DNA of 43,665 nt from a virus (Duplodnaviria > Caudoviricetes). Made by a program: the position numbers and the translations under genes. Positions 27,455 to 35,400 of this stretch are shown piece after piece. A model generated the notes under the pieces. The model was not told the DNA's origin. It worked only from the letters and a program-made list of their open reading frames with translations, and made no database searches. How positions within the stretch are numbered: the stretch's first letter is position 1; every line of letters starts with the position of its first letter. The DNA lies in IMG/VR virus record IMGVR_UViG_3300044612_000613, positions 1 through 43,665 of that record, one strand, 5' to 3'.

Positions 27455-28323
27455 GCACCCAGATGACCCCCGTGCAGAGCGTCTGCACCACGATCGCCAG
27501 CCCGCAGTTCAAGGCGAACCTCGAACAAGCCCTGCCGCCGAACGTCAGCATTGACCGCTTCATCCGCACGGCGTTGACCGGCATCCAGCAGAACCCAGCG
27601 GTGTGCGATGCCGACCGCCATTCGCTCTACCTCGCCATCCAGCGGTGTGCCGCCGACGGCCTGCTGCCCGACGGCCGCGAGGCCGCGCTTGCCATCTACG
27701 GCGGGAAAGTGAATTACATGCCGATGGTGCTGGGCATCATCAAACGCCTCGCCACCGCCGGCATCACGATCGACGCGCAGGTGGTCAAGGAACACGACAC
27801 GTTCGAGCAGGAGTTCGGCGACGACGCGCGCATCGTCCACAAGGCCCCGCGCCTCGGCCAGCCGCGCGGCCCGCTGATCGGCGCGTATGCCATCGCCAAG
27901 CTGCCGAACGGCATGGTGATGCGCGAGGTCATGGATAAGGACCAGATCGAGCAGGTTCGCACGTCGAGCCGCAGCGCGAACGCTGGCCCGTGGAAACAGT
28001 GGTACGACGAGATGGCCCGCAAGACCGTGCTGCGCCGCCTGGCCAAGCGCCTGCCGATCATCGACGCCAGCGTGGCCGACACGATCAATGCCGACGACGA
28101 CCTGATGGACTTCGCCGCGGGCAATGCTGGCCCCGGCGACAGCGCGCCGGAACCGGCACAGCCCACCGGCCCGCGCCGCCCGCGTGGCCTGCACGTCGTG
28201 GCCGCTGCAGCCGATCAGGCCGGCGACGTGATCGAGGGCGAAGTCGTGCCCCGCAACGGGCCGGCCGACGACGACCCGAGCCCGGCACCGGCCGGCGACC
28301 CGTCGGGCGACGGAGACTTCTGA
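27451..28323 (+). CDS. recT: RecT-family single-strand annealing protein
   Basis: ALP...DRFIR, GLLPDGREA, GPW..WYDEMARKTVLRRLAKRLP, acidic tail. Confidence 0.92.
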   Translation: MSTQMTPVQSVCTTIASPQFKANLEQALPPNVSIDRFIRTALTGIQQNPAVCDADRHSLYLAIQRCAADGLLPDGREAALAIYGGKVNYMPMVLGIIKRLATAGITIDAQVVKEHDTFEQEFGDDARIVHKAPRLGQPRGPLIGAYAIAKLPNGMVMREVMDKDQIEQVRTSSRSANAGPWKQWYDEMARKTVLRRLAKRLPIIDASVADTINADDDLMDFAAGNAGPGDSAPEPAQPTGPRRPRGLHVVAAAADQAGDVIEGEVVPRNGPADDDPSPAPAGDPSGDGDF

Positions 28324-28568
28324 TGAACGCGACCGGACAGACCTACGAAATCAGGGAGCTTGCGGACTTCGCCAGCGTCCCCGCCGATCGGCGCGACGCG
28401 ATGCTGGCAGACTTCAAGCAGTTCATCGAGTTGCTGGATGCGCAGCGCCCCGTCATCGATCTGGCAAAGGCAATCGGCGGAAATGTTGGGATCACCTTCA
28501 AATGGATCGACGACGGCGACGTCGGCTGCAAGAGCGCATTCGTCACCATGAAGTTCGGGGAGGCATGA
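28323..28568 (+). CDS. Hypothetical protein
   Basis: TGATG overlap. YEI..L.DF..VP.DR...FKWIDDG. Confidence 0.65.
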   Translation: MNATGQTYEIRELADFASVPADRRDAMLADFKQFIELLDAQRPVIDLAKAIGGNVGITFKWIDDGDVGCKSAFVTMKFGEA

Positions 28569-28780
28569 CCATGCCCTCCAAGACCCCGACCAGCATGAAC
28601 CGCACCGAGTACCTGCAGATGCACCGCGAGCGGCGCGAGCTGATCGTTGCGGCCGTCAAGGCCGGCGGCAAGACCTACGACGAGATCGGTGAGCAGTTCG
28701 GCGTGTCTCGCGCGCGCATCTCGCAGATCGCAGCCGCCGCCGGCATCACGCGGAAGCGTGGCGGTGTACCTCAGTCCTGA
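28565..28780 (+). CDS. Small HTH protein (sigma70 region-4-like)
   Basis: KTYDEIGEQFGVSRARISQIA. Confidence 0.75.
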   Translation: MTMPSKTPTSMNRTEYLQMHRERRELIVAAVKAGGKTYDEIGEQFGVSRARISQIAAAAGITRKRGGVPQS

Positions 28781-28964
28781 ACAGCGGCGCCAGTACGAGG
28801 CCCGCAACCGACGCCTGCTCGCCGCCGTGCGCGCGGGCGTCCCTTACCCGCTGATCGCGGAGCGGTTCAGTCTGACCCGCCCCCGCGTCAGCCAGATAGC
28901 AACCAGCGCCGGCATCTACCGGTGCAAGCCAAGGAAGGCACCATGCGATACCAAGAACCCCTAG
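28758..28964 (+). CDS. Second small HTH protein, paralogue of the preceding gene
   Basis: VPYPLIAERFSLTRPRVSQIA. GTG start at 28758 or 28764. Confidence 0.7.
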   Translation: MAVYLSPEQRRQYEARNRRLLAAVRAGVPYPLIAERFSLTRPRVSQIATSAGIYRCKPRKAPCDTKNP

Positions 28965-29218
28965 ACGACGAGCTGCCCGAGTTTGACCAGGCCATCGTGG
29001 GCAGCGTCGTGCGCCTGCACCTGCCCCTCAAGTCGCCGAGCGCGCTGCTGCAGGTGGCCGACATGCTGCGCGGGCTCGCGACCCAATGCGAGCTTGCCGC
29101 CACCGGTCACGGCAACCCGCGGACGCGGATGTTCGAGCTGATGATGTACGCGCGGGAGGTTGACCGCAGGATGAAAAGGGTTAAGGGTCGAGGCAGGCCA
29201 CCGAAGCTAATCAGGTGA
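28943..29218 (+). CDS. Hypothetical protein with C-terminal GRP (AT-hook-like) motif
   Basis: SD AGGAAGG. Ends KGRGRPPK. Confidence 0.65.
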   Translation: MRYQEPLDDELPEFDQAIVGSVVRLHLPLKSPSALLQVADMLRGLATQCELAATGHGNPRTRMFELMMYAREVDRRMKRVKGRGRPPKLIR

Positions 29219-29228
29219 AACAGCCAAA

Positions 29229-29260
29229 GCAGGCGGCACACAATATCTAGTGTCGCCTGC
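29229..29260. terminator. Hairpin between convergent transcription units (possible terminator) containing an NrdR-box-like sequence
   Basis: GCAGGCGGCAC-N10-GTGTCGCCTGC flanked by A-runs. ACACAATATCTAGTGT at 29238-29253. Confidence 0.5.
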
Positions 29261-29263
29261 AAA

Positions 29264-29291
29264 ACCTTCCACCTTATATATTATGCGAATG
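29264..29291 (-). other. dif-like Xer recombination site (candidate attP)
   Basis: Minus strand reads CATTCGCATAA-TATATA-AGGTGGAAGGT. The XerC arm and spacer resemble proteobacterial dif; the XerD arm is degenerate. Confidence 0.72.
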
Positions 29292-29361
29292 GGCTGGCCT
29301 AACACGCCGGATAGATTAACCAGCCCATGCAGATAACCCTATCCGCACAAGCCGGATAATC

Positions 29362-29377
29362 CGACTAGATCTAGTGA
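29362..29377. promoter_or_regulatory. Second NrdR-box-like palindrome
   Basis: CGACTAGATCTAGTGA, with a perfect 12-bp palindromic core ACTAGATCTAGT. Confidence 0.5.
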
Positions 29378-29396
29378 GCCCGTTCGCGCTTCGTTC

Positions 29397-29960
29397 TCAC
29401 GCCCACGCGCGCACGATCATGCGCCAGTTGCCGTTCGTGAGGTTCAGCACCGTGCCCGTCGTCTTGTTCGGCAGGCCGAACACCGTGGCGTTGTTGGCGT
29501 AGCGCACGAAGATCGTCGTCGCGTTCGGGACCAGCACGACGCCGCGGTCAGCCACGGCATCGCCGACCAGCCCCCACTCGACCTCGTCGTTGACGGCGTA
29601 GTTGCCCTCGACCGTCTTGCAGATCAGCACGACGCGGATGATCTTCGGCACCATGCCGAGGCCATGCGTCAGCGACAGCGTGCCGGCGGTAGTGATCGTC
29701 TGCTCGCCTGAGTCGTAGGCGACAGTCAGAATCGGCCGCGCCGATGCGGCGATCTTCGCCGTCGTGATGGCATTGTCTGCCACCTTGGCGGTCGTGACCG
29801 CGCCGTCCTGAATGTCCACCGTTGCGACAGCATTGGCCGCCAGCTCGTCGGTGCCGACCGCGCCTGCCGCGATCTCGTCGGCCGCGACCGAATTGGTGCC
29901 GAGCTGAGTGGCACCGATGGTGCCGTCCGGAATCATCGTGCCGGGAGCTTTGCCGGTCAT
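29397..29960 (-). CDS. Fibre-like virion protein with 10-aa repeats
   Basis: About six (G/N)AVTTAKIAD-type repeats, then a globular C-terminus (THGLG..P...WR...RAW). Confidence 0.7.
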   Translation of the reverse strand: MTGKAPGTMIPDGTIGATQLGTNSVAADEIAAGAVGTDELAANAVATVDIQDGAVTTAKVADNAITTAKIAASARPILTVAYDSGEQTITTAGTLSLTHGLGMVPKIIRVVLICKTVEGNYAVNDEVEWGLVGDAVADRGVVLVPNATTIFVRYANNATVFGLPNKTTGTVLNLTNGNWRMIVRAWA

Positions 29961-29995
29961 AGTTGTGATCTCGGGTTAGTCGAATATCAGCGGGG

Positions 29996-31270
29996 TTAAA
30001 AGACGACCCACGTTTTGGGAGTTAGTGCAACCCAAGGGCCGGCGCTGGCAGCAACATCGTCAACAAACAATGCGCTAGTCCACGTAACAGCGTCGTCCGA
30101 CCACTCGAGCCTAAAACCTGCCGGGCTTCCGCTAATCAAGTTCCAGCTTGGGAAAATCTCGATGCTTTTGACTTCAACGGGGCCCGTTGGCGTCCGAGCG
30201 CCCGCCGCTCCGAAGTCCCAGGCAATCCATTCATTATCGTTAGAGACTGCAATCCATCCTGAGCTTGTGGTGTTCCCATCAAAAGCGTTGTATGGCCTAT
30301 TGGGGGAGTTCACGAACGAGCTTGCAAATGCCGGGGTTTCTGCTGAATTAGGCAGGCACCTATTCACCCCCGCCGCATCAAACAGACGAAGCTCGCTCAA
30401 GCCGTGCTGGGCCGCACTAGTTCGCGTGATCCTGACGCGCCAATACCGATGCGCTCCCGGCCCAGCGGCCGCCGCTACCGTCTGCGACAGCGTCGCCTGA
30501 CACCCTCGCCCGTCGCGCACGCGGATGACGACGGCATAGTTGGTGGAGCCCCCGCCACCTACCGCATACGAATGGTTCCACGACACGTTGTCGGCGTAGA
30601 CCTTGTCGCTTGACCGGCCCTGGGGGTCGCGCGAGCCGGAAACAGCGAGGCGAACCAGAGCGGCACCGGCCGGCGCGGCGGCGGTCACCGTCGACGTCTG
30701 GAACGCCGAGCTGCCGGTGTTGACCACGTTGCCGACGGAAAACGAGATCGGCATGCCAGCCGCGTCTAGCCACTGCAGCACGACCGCGCCGCCACTGAAA
30801 TCCTCGCGCGTTGTGCCCTTGGAGATTCGCGCCGACGCGGTGATCGACGTGCCCGGCGTCACCGGCACGGCTTGCGCGTGAGTGAGCGACGACTGCCCCG
30901 GCCCGTCGTACTTGGCCGACTGCGTGCCGGTCTCAACGAGTGCCGTCGTGTCGATCGTCCAGCGGTTGCCGAGCAGCCAGCTTCCGTCGTCGCCCGTCTC
31001 AAAGCCAAGGTTCGGCAGCGCGCCAGCAGGGGTGCCGGCGGGCCACGCCAGCGTCACCACGCCAGTCGCCTGATTCACAGCCAGCGACCAGCCATCCGGC
31101 AGCGCAGGCGTCGCGCTCACCAGCTCGGCGGTCACGTTGCCGACGCGGTTCGTCACCGAGAACGTGCCGGCGTATGCCTGCCCGGGCGTGTGATTCGCAA
31201 GCGTGCCCGACGTGCCGAGGTTGCAGACCAGCGCCGCCGGCCTGCCGAAGCGAGAGAGTCCCGAGGCCAT
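29996..31270 (-). CDS. Receptor-binding/adhesin protein with CBM-like and discoidin (F5/8 type C)-like domains
   Basis: LPNLGFETG...W CBM-like start. HRYWRVRIT...NAFDG...W...EWIAWDFG...FRLEWSDD.VTWT. TAATG overlap with the fibre gene. Confidence 0.72.
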   Translation of the reverse strand: MASGLSRFGRPAALVCNLGTSGTLANHTPGQAYAGTFSVTNRVGNVTAELVSATPALPDGWSLAVNQATGVVTLAWPAGTPAGALPNLGFETGDDGSWLLGNRWTIDTTALVETGTQSAKYDGPGQSSLTHAQAVPVTPGTSITASARISKGTTREDFSGGAVVLQWLDAAGMPISFSVGNVVNTGSSAFQTSTVTAAAPAGAALVRLAVSGSRDPQGRSSDKVYADNVSWNHSYAVGGGGSTNYAVVIRVRDGRGCQATLSQTVAAAAGPGAHRYWRVRITRTSAAQHGLSELRLFDAAGVNRCLPNSAETPAFASSFVNSPNRPYNAFDGNTTSSGWIAVSNDNEWIAWDFGAAGARTPTGPVEVKSIEIFPSWNLISGSPAGFRLEWSDDAVTWTSALFVDDVAASAGPWVALTPKTWVVF

Positions 31271-32403
31271 TAGGAGGTCGCCATGTCGTTGCCGATGGTC
31301 CAGGTGTTCGTGCTCGGGTCATCGCACACCAAGCTGATCGGCGAGTAGCGCGCGCGCGTGCGCGGGAAGAATCCCGACGGAATCTCGATGGTGACGCCGG
31401 CAGCCGGCGAGACCGTCACCTGCCCCGTGCCTTTCTGCACGATGGTGAAGTAGTCGCCCGACTTCCAATCCAGCGCCGTGTTGCCGTTGTTCGCGCGAAG
31501 CGTCAGCGTGACCGCCGTTGCCGCGGTGCAGAGGATGTGCCCCTGCCGGTAGCCCGCGTCGAGCGTGGCCGTCGTGCCGGCGATGGTGAACACCGGGAGC
31601 TGCGGCGAGACCTGCGACGTCGCCGGGCCAAGGAACGCGCGCAGGATCACCCAGCCCGTCACGCCGTTCGGTGGTGCCGTGCTGAACCGGATGACCGAGT
31701 TGACCGAGTCCGCGCCAACGATGACGTCGTAGTCGTCGTCGGGGTTCTGGGCCACGCCACCGATCGCCACGTCGTAGTAGAGCGCGTCGGAAACGTCAGC
31801 GCCGGAGATGGTGAACTCCGTCGCCGTGCCATTGCCGACGAACTCCCAGAACTTCGGGATGACCACAGCGCCAGGCGGCAGCGTTCCGCCCCCGCCCCCG
31901 CCCCCGCCGCCAGTGCCGGCCTGCCCGACGACCGCGGCGTCCGACTGGTTCACGCCCGTGCCGACGTTGATGATGCGCGCACCCTTCGCGTCCCAGACGA
32001 AGCCGCCACCGGGGCCGGGGATCAGTTGCAGCGAATTGTCGACGGCCCTCGCAAGCTGCTGAATCTGCATGGTCGCCCGGTCGAACGACGTCTCGTGCGT
32101 CCGCGGGTAGAACGAGCCCTGATTCTTGTAGTCCGTCGGCTGCAGGTACGGCAGGATGCGGCGGATGCGGACGCGAACGCCGCTGGCCGGTGCGACCGCC
32201 ATCGTGATGCTGCCGCCGGCCTCAAAGCCCGCGTTCTGCACCGTGTAGTTCGTGTTCTGCACCTGCGGGGTGATGAGCCCCGTCGACGAGATCAGGTCGA
32301 CCACGATGTCGGACGCCAGCAGCGTCGGGAAGGTGAACGCGAACACCGTCGTGCTGCCGTTGGCGGTGTAGATGTTCTCGCTGTTCTGCGTCGCAACCGT
32401 CAT
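31270..32403 (-). CDS. Tail fibre protein with T7 gp17-like N-terminal anchor
   Basis: YTANGSTTVFAFTF...HETSFDRATMQIQQL anchor, poly-Gly hinge, and C-terminal adaptor-like domain. Confidence 0.85.
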   Translation of the reverse strand: MTVATQNSENIYTANGSTTVFAFTFPTLLASDIVVDLISSTGLITPQVQNTNYTVQNAGFEAGGSITMAVAPASGVRVRIRRILPYLQPTDYKNQGSFYPRTHETSFDRATMQIQQLARAVDNSLQLIPGPGGGFVWDAKGARIINVGTGVNQSDAAVVGQAGTGGGGGGGGGTLPPGAVVIPKFWEFVGNGTATEFTISGADVSDALYYDVAIGGVAQNPDDDYDVIVGADSVNSVIRFSTAPPNGVTGWVILRAFLGPATSQVSPQLPVFTIAGTTATLDAGYRQGHILCTAATAVTLTLRANNGNTALDWKSGDYFTIVQKGTGQVTVSPAAGVTIEIPSGFFPRTRARYSPISLVCDDPSTNTWTIGNDMATS

Positions 32404-32433
32404 GGGATGGCTCCGGGGTTCTGGTTCATGGTA

Positions 32434-35400
32434 TCACTCGCGCGGCGGGCCATAGACGGCCATCTTGGCGAACTCGGTCTTGTCCTGCTCGGGGTCGTCA
32501 AGGACGGCCTCGACGGTCTTGGAGGTGATGCGGACCTGAGCGGCAGGCGCACCGACGATCGGCCCAAGGATCGAGAAGATGTCCCGGGTGGCGTCGAAGT
32601 AGTCGACCTCGCCGGTTTCCATGTAGGTCCCGACGTTGTCGCCCATCGACTGGAACGCCCGGCCCATCTGAATGACGGCCTGCGTGGTCGGCGCGGCGCG
32701 CGGGTTGACCGGCTTGTCGGTGATGACCTCCTCGCCGATCGCCGTCAGGTCGCGCAGGTAGGGCAGCGTCATCAGCGGGAACAGGCCGACGTTGACAGCC
32801 AGCCAGCGCGCCCAGTCGCCCGAGCCGATCTCCTCGTCGTCGTCCCCGTCCTCGGGGCCGCGGCCGGCGGCCAGTGCGAAGATCGCCGGGGCGAGGAACA
32901 CCTGGATCATCAGGGTCGACGCACGGGCACCGACGCGCTGGGTCGCGCCCTCGCCCCGAGCCATGGCGTACAGGCGGCCGAAGATGACGAACATCGGCCC
33001 CATGAACTGCCGGGCCTGCTTGAACTGGGAGTCGCGCTCGAACGTCGAGACGTCCTTCCGGCCGCTGGCAGTCTGGGTCTGGCGCACGGCCTTGTCGGCC
33101 GATAGCACCGCCTGGGCCTCGGACTCCTTGGCATCAAGCGCCTGCTGGTAGCGGCCCCACCACAGCGCCCGCGTGACCTCGGCATCGGCGGCCCGGTGCA
33201 GCGCCATCATCATGCGGCGGTAGGCCGGCCCCCAGCCGCGCTCGCCGGCAAGCCGGGCAAGCTCCTGCTGGAACTGGAAGTCGGTCTCGTTCAGGCGCTG
33301 GGCCATGAACCCCGACTTCGCCACGATGGCCTCGGTGGTCTTGGTGCGGCTGGTCTCGAGCGCCCACCAGCCGCGCATCAGCGCCTTGACGCCGACGCGG
33401 TCGAGGCCCTGAATCGTCGCCGACGTCAGGTTCCCCAGCGCGATGTCGGGGCGGATGGCCAGCGCGGCGACCGACGTGTTGGTCAGCAGGGTGTCGAGCG
33501 CACGCGCCCAGCGGGCAGCCACGCGCCCAGCGACGGCCGACGACGCCGACACGGCATAGGACAGCGAGCCGCGCAGGTTGTCGTAGCCCTCGCGCCCGAC
33601 GCGCAGGATCAGTTGCTCCTTGATCTCGTTGTCGGACAGGATGCGGTTGACGTCGCGCACGGCCTCGCGGTGCGACAGGTCAGTGATGACGTGGTCCATG
33701 TGCCGCGACATGACCGACGCGAAATCGAGCTGCAGCGGGGACTCGAACGACTCGACGCGCGCCTTCTGGTAGCCCTTGGGCGTGAACGCCTTGGTGAAGC
33801 CCGCGCCCATCATCACGCGCATCGCGTCCGCGCCGTCCTGCGTCTCGCCCACCGTCGACCGGTTGGCGTCGTAGACCAGCGGCCAGTAGCCGCCGCGGAG
33901 CGTGACGTTCTTGCCGTCCTTGCTGACGACGTTCGCCTCCTGCGGGTCCACCTTCTCCGGCGGCAGGCCAGACATGCGCCGCTGCAGGTTCACGATGTCG
34001 GGCCACAGCGAGTCGACGGCGTCCCACATGCCCTGCACGAACTGCAGCTCGTCGGCGCGCAGCTCGGACAGGATCTGCTTGACCTCGCCGGGGTTGAGCT
34101 TGACGCGCCGGCTGCCGTCGACGATGCCGCCGTCCATCAGGCGCTGCAGGTTCGACGCGTTGCCGGTGTTCAGCGCGATGCCGAGCAGCGTCGCGCGGCT
34201 GACCGTGAGCTTTCCGCCGAGGATCGTGACCTTGTCCTGCAGGGTCTTGAACGCTTCCGGCGTCTCGGCGCGCAGGGCCTTGAGCTTGGTGCCCAGCGCC
34301 TTGCGATACTCGACGGCCTTGTTCTCGGCGTCCTGCATCACCGTCCAGACGTAGTCGTGCCACGGCCCGGTCTCGCCACCGTCCAGCGCCTCGATGACGT
34401 TCTCCGGCCGGTTGAGGTTCGCCAGCGCACCGACGACGCCGCGGCGCGCAGCCTCGAGGTCCCCGACGTCACGACGCGACACCTCCCCGCCGACCGTCTC
34501 GGGCAGCGAGTCCAGCATGCGGCCGAGCAGGTCCGTGCGGGCCTCGTCCCACTCGCGGCCGTCGCGGGCCGCGGTCAGCTTGTTCTTGATCTTGGCCAGG
34601 TGCTGGATGTTCTTCAACGCATCCATGGCAGCGTCGATCTCGGCAACCTTCGCCTCGCGCCAGTTCGTGACGCGCTCGGACTCGACGCGGGCGATCAGCT
34701 CCTCGGACACCGCCGTGATCTCGCCGGCGTCCTGCTGCGCCTCGACCCACGACCGCAGCGACTTCTTGCGCTCGAGGTCCTTGGTCGACATGCGGCGCAG
34801 GTCGAACGACGCGAGGATCTGGTTGACCTTGTCGAGATAGCCCTCCCACCCAGCGCGCGCCAGACGCTCCTGCGAGGGCTTCTTGGCCAGACGCAGGCCC
34901 TCGTCGCGGAAAGCCTCGGCGCGCTCCTTGGCGTCCGTCTCCGCGCGATAGTGAAGGCGAGCCATCAGCGAATTGCGGCGGGCCTTCGCGGCTTCCAGCT
35001 TGTCGCCCTTGCCCAGCGCGATCGCTGCCTTGCGTGCCTCCCGCATCTCGACCTGCTTGTGCCGGTTCGGGGCGAGGTCCTTGACCGGCTTCTCGGAGAC
35101 CAGTCGCGCCACGTAATCCCTGAGCGGCGGCAGCGCGAGCTTGCGGCCACCGAACAGCGCGTTGATCTCGCGGACCATGACCTCCTCGGCGGCGTCGGAG
35201 TGCAGCGCACGGGTGACGCGCGCATCCAGCTCGCCGTCGAGCATCGGGTCGGGGTTGCGCTCCTGCCAGCGGCGCAGAGCCTCGGCCTCGATGGCGTCCT
35301 TCTTGCTCGGCTTGGACGCGATGGCGTTCAGCATGTCCAGCGTGGACTTGAAGCCCAGCACCGACGCGGCCATGTCGGGATGCACGCCGCCCTCATTGGT

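Noticed and set aside
31886-31912. Phase-variable CCCCCG tract in the tail fibre
   Set aside because: The 6-bp unit encodes a poly-Gly hinge, so slippage would keep the frame.
29397-32403. Diversity-generating retroelement, as in BPP-1
   Set aside because: No reverse transcriptase motif and no TR/VR repeat pair seen near the fibre genes.
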